Shown: positions 1-8,596 of the stretch, piece by piece
How positions within the stretch are numbered: the first letter of the stretch is position 1
Layout: each line of letters begins with the position of its first letter
From: Candidatus Bathyarchaeota archaeon
GTDB taxonomy: Archaea > Thermoproteota > Bathyarchaeia > Bathyarchaeales > DTEX01
DNA: 43,233 nucleotides
NCBI GenBank assembly: GCA_018396555.1
Contig: JAGTQL010000001.1
Span: 22,273 to 65,505, forward strand
Direction of reading: 5' to 3'
The notes under the pieces: model-generated
The model's input: the letters and a program-made list of their open reading frames with translations, nothing else
Databases searched by the model: none
What the model was told of the DNA's origin: nothing
Position numbers and translations under genes: made by a program

Positions 1-1466
1 ATTTTTGTTCCGGTTATTATGTATGGTTCGGCAAACGTGACGGCTGCTGGCGCCGCTTCAGCCTTCTCGGCTCTCTCAGCGAATTCTTCAAGGATCCCCT
101 CGTAGACAACGCCTAGCTTAGCGTCCACAGTCACCATAGCGCCGTCTTCGAGGGCTTCTGTTGCTGGCGCACCCCTAGAGGCTGTTCCAACAATGCATGG
201 GATCCCTAGCTCCCTGGAGACTATGGCTGCGTGGCATGTCATTCCACCCGAGTTTGTTATGATGGCCGCTGCCTTACGCATCGCTGGAACCCAGTCTGGC
301 GCCGTCATCTCTGTGACGAGTATTTCGCCCTTCTGGAACTCGTTGATTCTATCAACGGTCGGTATAATATGCACTTTTCCAACAGCCACACCTGGAGACG
401 CCGGCAGACCCTGGATGAGAACCTTCCGCTCCTTTGTTACAGCCGGCTTCTCCTCAACAACTTCGGCTTTCTTAATAGCCCAGACTGTTTCCGGCCTGGC
501 TTGAAGTATGAACAGTTTGTTTGTTCTTTCATCCAGTGCCCACTCTATGTCCATGGGCTTTCCGTAATGCTGCTCAATCATGATGGCGTATTTGGCCAGT
601 TCCTTAATCTGCTCGTCTGTAAGCACCTGCTTTTCCTGGAGGTCCGGTGGGACATCCCTGCGTTCTGTTCCGCCTGTTGGAAGCCTGACCAGCTGAACTG
701 TCTTTCTGGAAATGTTCTTCTTCACTATTTCCAGGTCGGATTTCCTGACGTAATATTCATCCGGCGTTATTGTTCCCTGAACTATGAATTCGCCCAGCCC
801 ATAGCCAGCCTCTATCAGAACAACGCTTCTGTCCCCTGTTGCAACATCTAGGGTGAATATGACACCGCTGGCTTTGCTGTAAACCATTAGCTGGACCACG
901 CTGCTTAGGGCCACAGCCATGTGGTCGAAGCCCTTCTGGACCCTGTAGAATATAGCCCTATCGGTGAAGAGACTCGCGTAACAGTGCTTTATTTTTTCAA
1001 CAACCTCCTTAGCAGTGTGAACATTAAGGTATGTTTCCTGCTGGCCAGCGAAGCTTGCATCCGGCAGATCCTCGGCTGTTGCTGAGCTGCGCACTGCAAC
1101 AAACGGGTTCTCATCGCCTATTCTTTCAGCCAGCTCCTCATACGCTTTAACGATTTCTTCCTCCAGGTCTTTAGGCATGTCGGCGGAGGCTATTAGTTCC
1201 CTGATCCTTGCGCCTACCTTCTGCAGGGTCTGCGTGTCGTTCGGGTCCTTCAGCTCCTTGAGGATCCCCGCCATTTTCTCGTCTAGATTGTTTGCCTTTA
1301 TGTAGTATCTGTACGCTTCAGCTGTTGTTGCGAAGCCGTATGGCACTGGAACGCCTACTTTCCTAATCATTTCACCTAGGCTTGCGCTTTTTCCCCCGAC
1401 GACCGGCACATCTTCGATGCCTATTTCCTCAAACCATAATACGAACTTTCCCTTTTTGCTTGACAT
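1..1466 (-). CDS. ppsA: Phosphoenolpyruvate synthase, 3'-truncated by the window edge
   Basis: Not in the ORF track because it has no stop in the window. Manual translation gives MSSKKGKFVLWFEEIGIEDVPVVGGKSASLGEM...AVRSSATAEDLPDASFAGQQETYLN...GGMTCHAAIVSRELGIP (phospho-His motif). GGAGGT RBS upstream; alternative ATG at 1472. Confidence 0.95.
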   Translation of the reverse strand, partial: MSSKKGKFVLWFEEIGIEDVPVVGGKSASLGEMIRKVGVPVPYGFATTAEAYRYYIKANNLDEKMAGILKELKDPNDTQTLQKVGARIRELIASADMPKDLEEEIVKAYEELAERIGDENPFVAVRSSATAEDLPDASFAGQQETYLNVHTAKEVVEKIKHCYASLFTDRAIFYRVQKGFDHMAVALSSVVQLMVYSKASGVIFTLDVATGDRSVVLIEAGYGLGEFIVQGTITPDEYYVRKSDLEIVKKNISRKTVQLVRLPTGGTERRDVPPDLQEKQVLTDEQIKELAKYAIMIEQHYGKPMDIEWALDERTNKLFILQARPETVWAIKKAEVVEEKPAVTKERKVLIQGLPASPGVAVGKVHIIPTVDRINEFQKGEILVTEMTAPDWVPAMRKAAAIITNSGGMTCHAAIVSRELGIPCIVGTASRGAPATEALEDGAMVTVDAKLGVVYEGILEEFAERAEKAEAAPAAVTFAEPYIITGTK

Positions 1467-1488
1467 TTGCATTTACCTCCAGACATGA

Positions 1489-2016
1489 TCACGTTACATT
1501 CTGGGTGACTTGAACCTCCTGCTCAGGCAGCTTCTCAATAATTATTCTGCATGTGGTGGGCAGCTTCGCCTCAGCCCTTCTAAGGGCTTCTTTAGCGGCC
1601 TCCAAACCGTTTTCCTCAACATTAACAATTATTATCGGCTGGTTGGGTTCAACACGGGCTGCCCTGCCGATAGGCTTGCCGAACGCCCTACGCATCCCCT
1701 CCTGAAGCCTATCAGCGTGCGCTCCAAAAATCATCTTATTTTCCCTTAAAATCATGTGGGGGAGAACCATGACCCTCATGAAAAATCTATCGCCCAGCTT
1801 CTCCTGAAGGTATCTGTTCGCCGCAATTCGGGCTGCTTCAAGAGCGTTATGCCTTATCTGAATCCTCTTATCAGCTACAAGCGAAACCTGATGTGTTTGG
1901 CTTTCAGAGGGTTTTCCAGCCGTGAATTTGGTTATTTTCGGCTGCGGGGGACCATGTACATACTCATGTCTAGTGTAGGGCATTCCCTTAACTTCACGGT
2001 AGTTACGCGCCTTCAT
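1489..2016 (-). CDS. rpl10e: 50S ribosomal protein L10e/uL16
   Basis: QIRHNALEAARIAAN and LRENKM...ADRLQEGMRRAFGKPIG motifs. Start trimmed to MKARNY (2016). Confidence 0.97.
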   Translation of the reverse strand: MKARNYREVKGMPYTRHEYVHGPPQPKITKFTAGKPSESQTHQVSLVADKRIQIRHNALEAARIAANRYLQEKLGDRFFMRVMVLPHMILRENKMIFGAHADRLQEGMRRAFGKPIGRAARVEPNQPIIIVNVEENGLEAAKEALRRAEAKLPTTCRIIIEKLPEQEVQVTQNVT

Positions 2017-2143
2017 CGGTTTTCCCCTTATGATACCATCATCAGAAGTATTTAAATTTTCACTTAGACGGCTCCGGCGCATTGGCGCAATCAAACATCT
2101 GGGAATGATGGGAAGCATGGAAGTCTACTAGGTGGAGACCAGG

Positions 2144-2671
2144 TTAAGCTTGACGGCCTTCGCCCTTGCCTTTGAACCATACTTTGGAGAGCTCCTCGTA
2201 GTTTTTGAATACGTTTCTCAGTATCGGTATGTACATTTTGATCTCTTCATTGGTCATGTACTGGAATTGGTATTCGCCCGTGTAAGGCGACTCCTCACCT
2301 ATTCTTGTTATGAATTCTATGTGCATGAACGGGTCGCCCCTCTTGATCGTTATCGGTGTCCTCTCATTGTTCAAGTTTACAACTTCAAGGGCCAGTCTCC
2401 CAATGAAGCCGCTGTGGACCTTAGCGGCGTTGAGGAAGGATAACCCCATACGTCCATACCTGCTTTTGGCCGTTAGATGAGCAACAATGTTCGGCAGCGT
2501 GAAGACAATTTCGTTGGAGACCAGATTTCTATGCTCCAGATACTGAAGCGTAACCTCCTCCTTAACTGTAAGCACGTAGCTGTCCCCATCCAGGAGGTTT
2601 AGGTCGAACGGGTAGATGCACCTATACTTCTCTATGATTTCAAGAAGCCTATCTTTACCAAGCACGCACAT
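2144..2671 (-). CDS. dcd: dCTP deaminase / trimeric dUTPase-family protein
   Basis: KSRYGRMGL, HSGFIGRLALEVVN and C-terminal YTGEYQFQ motifs. Confidence 0.75.
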   Translation of the reverse strand: MCVLGKDRLLEIIEKYRCIYPFDLNLLDGDSYVLTVKEEVTLQYLEHRNLVSNEIVFTLPNIVAHLTAKSRYGRMGLSFLNAAKVHSGFIGRLALEVVNLNNERTPITIKRGDPFMHIEFITRIGEESPYTGEYQFQYMTNEEIKMYIPILRNVFKNYEELSKVWFKGKGEGRQA

Positions 2672-3002
2672 TCCACATCACGCTTTCAGACAAAAAACTG
2701 AGAAGATCCCTAAAAAAGATTATGTAACACGCCCAAATCTACTAAGTTAATAGCTAATTCAGAATTCGCCGCAGATAACCTTATTTGTTGTCAGATATTT
2801 CCGCAGGTCGAACCCCAGATTTTGAGGGTAAAGCATCATTTTGGTTTCACTTTGTTTTTAAGGATAATAGCGCAGTGATGTCTGCCACTACTTCTTTTTG
2901 CCGGGATGACTTACCAACGGGATTCTCGTTATCTCACCCAGCATAGCCATGGCGTATGCCTATAGTTAGTTCTCCCGGAAACTGGGGGTGTCTTCAGCAT
3001 CA

Positions 3003-3015
3003 AATTTAAATTATA
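3003..3015 (+). promoter_or_regulatory. Putative TATA box of the tRNA gene
   Basis: AATTTAAATTATA; standard archaeal spacing puts the transcription start near 3033-3036. Confidence 0.5.
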
Positions 3016-3060
3016 CGATTATGAAAGATAAGATGGGCCGCTGGGGAACGCATATTGACG

Positions 3061-3202
3061 GGGCCCGTGAAATGGGCCTAGCCTAGAAGGCGCCATTAGG
3101 CTCATTCGGGAAGCGTAGCACGGATAGCGCGTCGGCCCTCTAAGGTGAAAGCACATCGATGAAAGCCGGAGATCCTGGGTTCAAATCCCAGCGGGCCCGC
3201 CA
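3061..3202 (+). tRNA. tRNA-Arg(TCT) with two BHB introns (3070-3112 at position 9/10; 3143-3163 at 37/38) and encoded CCA
   Basis: The spliced product GGGCCCG-TG-GCGT-AGCACGGATA-GCGC-G-TCGGC-CCTCTAA-GCCGG-AGATC-CTGGG-TTCAAAT-CCCAG-CGGGCCC-G-CCA folds as a full cloverleaf. Both introns form bulge-helix-bulge structures. Confidence 0.9.
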
Positions 3203-3257
3203 CTTCTTAGGTTCGGAACCTCTATATAATTCCTATATGATTATTTTTTGATGGTTT

Positions 3258-3500
3258 ATGGTTAGAATTAGTTATGCTTATTTGCTTAATGATTCTGATG
3301 TTAGGCGATGGTTTAAGAACGTTGCTAGGGGCCTGAGGGTTACTGCCGATATTTATTTGCGTAGGCTTGGCGGGGTCTGTGAACGTTTGGGCCTTGATCC
3401 AAAAGCTCTCATTGGGCTTAGTGATAGGGAGTTAGCGGCTGTTCTCACAGATTTCATCTCAAGTCTCGAGCGTGAGGTTAAGGCTGGATGTTATGCTTGA
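3258..3500 (+). pseudogene. Truncated N-terminal part of an archaeal tyrosine recombinase/integrase
   Basis: YLLNDSDVRRWFKNVARG..TADIYLRRLG resembles the N-terminus of archaeal tRNA-adjacent integrases. It stops after 80 aa with no catalytic domain and lies 55 bp downstream of the tRNA. Confidence 0.7.
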
Positions 3501-3687
3501 GAGCCAAAAATAATTAAAAATTTCTAACAGCAAATTTGTTTCCTTTTAACTTACACCAAAGATGACCAGAAAGCTTCGTGTGGGACTCCCACTTATACAA
3601 CAAAAGCTCAAAGAGATAAAATAATTTTTAAAAAGTGGAGAGTTTTATGAAGTCTTAATTCTAAAATGATGCTAAAGGGGCGCGGAT

Positions 3688-3984
3688 ATGTCGCGGATGT
3701 TTAGTTTTTCTAAGCATGCTAGGGATAAGATGAAGGAACGGGGAATAGAGATAGAGAATCTGAGGAAAGTTTTTGAAAGTCCCAGGTTTAGATTCTATGA
3801 TATTGCGTCAAGAGCTGAGGTTATAGTAGGCGAAAGCTTCTTATATAACCTCAAAATTTTCCTTGTAGTCATCTTCAGGAGAAGGGACGATTATCTGCAC
3901 TGTTCTGTTCATGCTTTGCTTTTAAGAAAACTTCACTTAAGTGAAGGATTCTTATCTTTGATTGGTCTTAATAAGAAATGCTAA
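3688..3984 (+). CDS. DUF4258/BrnT-like toxin-family protein, C-terminus probably disrupted
   Basis: FSFSKHARDKMKERGI N-terminal motif. The sequence after RRRDD looks unrelated and runs into the convergent gene. Confidence 0.65.
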   Translation: MSRMFSFSKHARDKMKERGIEIENLRKVFESPRFRFYDIASRAEVIVGESFLYNLKIFLVVIFRRRDDYLHCSVHALLLRKLHLSEGFLSLIGLNKKC

Positions 3985-4431
3985 AGGTAGTTCTCTCAGC
4001 ATTTCTATTTTTTCAAGCATCTCCTTCTCCGGCCTTAGGAAGAACGCTTTTGCCTGGAGCTTTATTGCAGTAGCTATCACATAGCAGTCTGATAAAGATA
4101 TTCTGAGCTTTTTCCTGAGCTCTCCGGCTTCGACCGCTATATCTGGTGTTACCTCAACTACTTTAACTCTTAGAGTAAGCCAGTTAACGAAGTTCAGTGC
4201 TTCCTCGTTGGGCTTCTCGACACCAGCTAGCTCATAGAGCCTAGATGCTACGTATATGAGCTCTGAAATTGTAATGGGCGTTATATATAGATCCGTGATC
4301 TTCTTCAGCACGCCCTCAAGAAGATCCGCAACGGCGCTCCTATGGGAGGAGCCTCCCACAATATACTCTACTAAAACTCCCGTATCAACCACGTATTTCT
4401 CTAAGGATTCTCCTAAACTTCTCTTCCTCAA
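3952..4431 (-). CDS. vapC: PIN-domain (VapC) toxin
   Basis: VVDTGVL, TISE and SLSDCYVIATA motifs. True start probably near 4393-4405. Confidence 0.9.
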   Translation of the reverse strand: MRKRSLGESLEKYVVDTGVLVEYIVGGSSHRSAVADLLEGVLKKITDLYITPITISELIYVASRLYELAGVEKPNEEALNFVNWLTLRVKVVEVTPDIAVEAGELRKKLRISLSDCYVIATAIKLQAKAFFLRPEKEMLEKIEMLRELPLAFLIKTNQR

Positions 4432-4630
4432 GCCTACTCTCCTCGCCTATTAGCTCCTCAACAATGTGTGGGTCTATATTAACGACCCTTGGCTTGAGAG
4501 GTCTTATCACTATTTCCCCCTCCCTAGCCTCAACAGTCACTTCACCCTCATTTATACCGGCAGCCTCCCTCAGGGACTTGGGCAGTATCAGCACTCCTTT
4601 CTCCCTCACTTTTAGTACAGCTTTAATCAT
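4385..4630 (-). CDS. AbrB/MazE-family antitoxin
   Basis: KVREKGVLILPKSLREAAGI motif; overlaps the PIN gene. Confidence 0.9.
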   Translation of the reverse strand: MIKAVLKVREKGVLILPKSLREAAGINEGEVTVEAREGEIVIRPLKPRVVNIDPHIVEELIGEESRLEEEKFRRILREIRG

Positions 4631-4914
4631 ATTTTCACCAATAACAATATGATTAACTAACCTATAAAGTTTAACTTATTAGATTTGCTTATCTATCCCG
4701 ATTATCTTAACTATTATTCCCGCTTTATGGGCTAAAAATATTCAGAAGGAGGAAGTAGCCTGGTTATAAGCATGATCGGAGAATTTAAAATGGGAAGTGA
4801 TGCGAAGGGCGCTGTTTGGGGTTTGAAACTTATATAGGATGGATTCCCATTTTTCATACTGGAATCTCTTGAAAATTTCTTTAGAAGAGTATTGTTTATG
4901 GGAGTGTCATCAAA

Positions 4915-5067
4915 TTATATTTTCTAGAGACCTCCCGTTGTTTCCCGTCAAAGGGTAAGAAACGTTTTACTTTCACGGATTGCCAACGACATGTAGAGCG
5001 CATCGTAAATTGTTATTCTGCTTTCTAATGCTTTATCCAGATGTTCTTCTTCCTTTCTTAAATCCAT
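4915..5067 (-). pseudogene. C-terminal fragment of a PIN-domain toxin
   Basis: Manual translation gives LDKALESRITIYDALYMSLAIRESKTFLTL, then a frameshift, then DGKQREVSRKY (typical xYDALY..LA....LT.D..Q PIN tail). Confidence 0.7.
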
Positions 5068-5288
5068 ATTTCCGCTTAGATACTTATTAAACAGATTAAG
5101 GAATTTGAGGACTCTAAGATTTATAGGTATTTAGAGAAATATGAGGATGAATTTCCCTCTTAAGTCCTCCTTGCCTAAATTATATTGTTTTGTTGAGGCT
5201 TTTGTGCCTTTTTACAGTAATAGGTGCTCAAAACCCATCTTAAGTTAGGGGGTATCTTATGGTAAGTTTGGAAGAGGCACAATCCGGC

Positions 5289-5777
5289 TTAAGCGTCTTT
5301 ACCTGAGAGTTTTTCGCTGAGGGTTGAGACTAGCTTATTCACTTCTTCCAGCACGTCTTTAACGTCTTCATTTGTTGCAAGGTTCTCGTAGAAGTTTTTA
5401 TGCATTGAGTCCGCTTTCATGAAGGCTGTTCTAACCCATTCGCCAAGCTCCCTTACAACCTCATCTTTATATTTCCAGAGGTCTGCGTGGCTCTCAATCT
5501 TTCTCCCTCTCTCGTAGAGCGCGTGGGACTTTATCGCTAGGGCACATGCACCCCAAATCTTCTCTGACGCTTGCCTAAGATCCCCCCTTTCAAACTCTAA
5601 GCGAGCTTGATGAATCAGGTCCAATGCACCCTCAATATATCTTCTGAATAATACAGAAGGATCTAAGTCGCCCACAGCTATCTCAAGTAGATACTCGCTT
5701 AAACTTATCCCCCTCTCTTCAGCTTTCCTCCTTAGCTCCCTAAGCGCGGCTTCGGGCACAAATACTTGAATACTCAT
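5289..5777 (-). CDS. PaREP1-family (HEPN superfamily) protein with N-terminal RHH-like domain
   Basis: RGDLRQASEKIWGACALAIK...SHADLW...MHKNFYE motifs. Confidence 0.85.
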   Translation of the reverse strand: MSIQVFVPEAALRELRRKAEERGISLSEYLLEIAVGDLDPSVLFRRYIEGALDLIHQARLEFERGDLRQASEKIWGACALAIKSHALYERGRKIESHADLWKYKDEVVRELGEWVRTAFMKADSMHKNFYENLATNEDVKDVLEEVNKLVSTLSEKLSGKDA

Positions 5778-6207
5778 AATATTTCATCCCACTTTAAACC
5801 AATACGATTAATTCATTAATAAAGTTGTCTTCCATCCTCTCACGTATAAGGCAATTAACAAGCGTTAGAAGAAGCATTAACACTATGATTGCGTGCGGAT
5901 CCTTCGCCCCGGTTCTTTTTTGACCCAGCCTAATCTAATCCTACTTTCCAGAGAGCGTCTTGAGGGGATGCGTCAAGTCCGATTCGACTTCTGTGGAGTT
6001 GCAGCATAGGGTTTGGAGGGGGACTGATTAATACATATGTTACGTAAACAACGGCGTATTGCATCGACTGTTTATATGTAAACGGTTGGATTTAGAAAAC
6101 TAGAATGACTCTTGAAGATGATTTCCTGTAATTTTAGCCTTTAAATCTGATGCTTGAGAGCAACATTTTAGAAAAATTTATCTTTTTGTTAATTATTAAC
6201 AGAAGAT

Positions 6208-6582
6208 GTGGGAAACCCTTCTCATCACGCAAAGATTGCCGAGGAAAACTTTCGAGGAGCATTAGCAGAGTTGGAAAACGGGAGATTTTCAAATGTTGGC
6301 CTCCTTTGCCTGAGGGCTTTAGAGCAGATGATTGAGGCTTGCGCTTCAAAGGAACACCTTCACTTTCATGAACACCCTAGAATCGCACATATGGATCGCC
6401 GTAGCTGGCTGAAAGCGCATCACCCAGACTTACTGGTCATATGGGATCAACTTTGGGGGATTTACGGTGCTTTAGGTTATGGAGGGCAGAATGGGGAGAG
6501 AGCGGAGCAAGCTTTAACCATGCTTAAGAAGTGTTTAGGCGAGTTAAGTAAGAGGGAGAAGATTGAGATTGGAGGTTTATGA
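6208..6582 (+). CDS. HEPN-like protein, partner of the downstream nucleotidyltransferase
   Basis: Helical 124 aa with A..ELENGRFSNV...RALEQMIEA pattern; overlaps the MNT gene. Confidence 0.65.
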   Translation: MGNPSHHAKIAEENFRGALAELENGRFSNVGLLCLRALEQMIEACASKEHLHFHEHPRIAHMDRRSWLKAHHPDLLVIWDQLWGIYGALGYGGQNGERAEQALTMLKKCLGELSKREKIEIGGL

Positions 6583-7192
6583 TAAGTTAAAGCTGATAGC
6601 CGACGAGATTGGGAAGATAGACGGCGTCGTAGGCGTAGTCCTCTTCGGCAGCTACTCTAGGGGGGATTTCGATGAGGGAAGCGACATCGACCTTCTCGTG
6701 ATATTTAAAAATAAAAGCTCGCTTGAGAAGGGGCAGGAGAAAATATATGGAATAACGGCTCAGTCGGATCTTTTCATCCAGGCGATAGCTTTAACGCTGA
6801 GCGAACTTGAAGAGTCAACTATCCTCGAAGAGGTTATCCGCGATGGAAAGCTATTATATGCCGCCGGAAATCTGGAGAGGTTCTCGCCCGCCAACTTTAA
6901 GCCCTACGCGCTTATAACTTATAGCGCCACAAACCTAAAAGCGAAAGAGAAGGTGGCTTTCATCCAAAAGCTGGAGGGACGGAGGGTGGGCGGGTACAGG
7001 TATAATGGGCTTCTACAAAAGGCCAACGGCTACAAGGTAGGTAAAGGCGTCCTGATGATCCCGCTGGAAAGCTTTGAAAAAATAACCAGGTTCCTAGAAG
7101 AAAACAAAGTAGAATATATGGTGAGATATGTCTGGATCTTCGATGCCCCATCCAGAAAGTCCAAAACTAACATTTCTCATGGATTTTGTTAG
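6563..7192 (+). CDS. Minimal nucleotidyltransferase (MNT) with an extra C-terminal ferredoxin/Cas2-like domain
   Basis: LFGSYSRGDFDEGSDIDLLV (GS-x10-DxD), followed by about 85 extra aa beginning PYALITYS. Confidence 0.85.
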   Translation: MRLEVYDKLKLIADEIGKIDGVVGVVLFGSYSRGDFDEGSDIDLLVIFKNKSSLEKGQEKIYGITAQSDLFIQAIALTLSELEESTILEEVIRDGKLLYAAGNLERFSPANFKPYALITYSATNLKAKEKVAFIQKLEGRRVGGYRYNGLLQKANGYKVGKGVLMIPLESFEKITRFLEENKVEYMVRYVWIFDAPSRKSKTNISHGFC

Positions 7193-7240
7193 TTTTCTGT
7201 GCTAACATTTTTTCATCATCGTTTAAGTAATTAAAATTAA

Positions 7241-7594
7241 TTGAGCATCATCCATTTCGCCACACCAATCACTGAGGAGGTCTATTATTTCGCCGGATTT
7301 ATTGGCGAGAGAATGGCAGTTGTGTTTCTTCACGGGATCATGACCGCAATAGCCGTAACCAGCATATTGAAGGGTGGAAAAGGGTTTTTAACCGGATATG
7401 CTGGAGCGGTTCTATTTCACGCATTTACAAACATAGGTGCACTGCTCTATCAGATCCAATTTTTGGATGCAACAGTCGCATCATTATATTTGTTTCTTCC
7501 TCTGGCTGTTGGCTTCTTTGTTTTTGAACAACTGCATAAGAAAATAGCGCAAAGCCAAAAACCCGCTGAAACCATCTTTTTCAGCAGAGACTAA
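7241..7594 (+). pseudogene. C-terminal fragment of a PrsW/YhfC-type intramembrane protease
   Basis: ER.AV..H and FHA..N motifs in hydrophobic helices. The N-terminal EE motif region is absent. Confidence 0.55.
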
Positions 7595-7672
7595 CAGCGC
7601 GCTTGGGCATCATAGCCCTCGCCTGACGAATTAGATCTGCTTTCTCTATATTATGGTGCCTATGCGTCTGGA

Positions 7673-7963
7673 GTGGGCCGTCAGCAAAATATCAATCCAG
7701 CCATACCAATCTATGATGATCAAAAGCGATTCACCAAAAAGGAGGTTATAGAAGCCTTAGGAATGAGCAAGCAAACTTTTTACAAATATTTTCCGGAACT
7801 GGAGGAATACGGGATAGTTAAGGTTTCTAGAAAGATAGGGAAAGCTAAGCTTTACAGGATCAACGTTGAACATCCATTAGTGAAAATTCTTAGAGAATAC
7901 GAGTTGAAGCTCTCGCAAGAGATGGCGGAAAAAGCCAAAATGAAAAAGCCGATTTTAGCTTAA
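7673..7963 (+). CDS. Winged helix-turn-helix protein
   Basis: TKKEVIEALGMSKQTFYKYFPELEEYGIVKVSRKIGKAKLY. N-terminus uncertain. Confidence 0.75.
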   Translation: MGRQQNINPAIPIYDDQKRFTKKEVIEALGMSKQTFYKYFPELEEYGIVKVSRKIGKAKLYRINVEHPLVKILREYELKLSQEMAEKAKMKKPILA

Positions 7964-7964
7964 C

Positions 7965-8432
7965 TCAGCTCTTTTTAAGTTGGGTTGCTATGTTTTTTCC
8001 GAATTCTTTGCATTTTTGGAGTTCGCCCTCTGCGATTGGTCCCTTTATTCCCTGAACTTTGATTGATAGGCCGTCTGCTATCTTTTTCAGCCTTGGGGCT
8101 TTCTCGCTTATTTTTTCCTCCATTTTCTTCACCGCTTTTTCGAAGTCTTTCCCCATATATGTGTCGAAGACTGCGAACACTTTTCCTTCTAATTGTAGCT
8201 TGCCGAGTTTGTCGATGAATTTTTTGATGCCCCTTGTTGGTCCGCCCATGTGGTTTGGGGAGCCTATTAGGATTGCATCGTAGTTTTGAACATCGTTGGG
8301 GTTAACTTCTTTGAGTTCTCTAATTGAAGCCTCGATTCCTCCAGCCTCGTTTAGGCTCTCCATTATTGTTTCCGCTACACGTTTCGTGTTGCCATACTTT
8401 GACTCATAAACTATGATTACTTTCACCGTCAT
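7965..8432 (-). CDS. Flavodoxin-family protein
   Basis: IVYESKYGNTKRVAE and IGSPNH FMN-binding motifs. Start trimmed to MTVKV. Confidence 0.9.
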   Translation of the reverse strand: MTVKVIIVYESKYGNTKRVAETIMESLNEAGGIEASIRELKEVNPNDVQNYDAILIGSPNHMGGPTRGIKKFIDKLGKLQLEGKVFAVFDTYMGKDFEKAVKKMEEKISEKAPRLKKIADGLSIKVQGIKGPIAEGELQKCKEFGKNIATQLKKS

Positions 8433-8596
8433 GTTCGCGATCTCCATTTTTCTTAGGTTTTTAAGATCCCCTAGTTTTAGATGCAAGGAGTTTTGTGTAA
8501 AAGTAAAGTTTCGGGGGCGCATCTTATTTTGAGCTGTAGGGCTTTCGAACATGGCTATCTTCAGGCCTAATTCGCCTAATTCTTCGGGGCGGTCCG

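Noticed and set aside
193..851. Plus-strand ORFs of 103 and 206 aa
   Set aside because: Antisense shadows of ppsA. The same applies to most short overlapping ORFs in the track, such as 22833-23573 and 35810-36322.
3137..3143. CT-CTA-A read as an amber (Pyl-type) anticodon
   Set aside because: The stem register TCGGC/GCCGG and the BHB-defined splice sites centre TCT. The body is Arg-like, lacks tRNA-Pyl features, and no pyl genes are present in the window.
5107..5169. GAGGACT...AGTCCTC inverted repeat
   Set aside because: Short and imperfect with no TSD; insufficient to call an element.
6890..7140. CRISPR-Cas locus suggested by the Cas2-like domain
   Set aside because: No repeat-spacer array or other cas genes were seen in the window.
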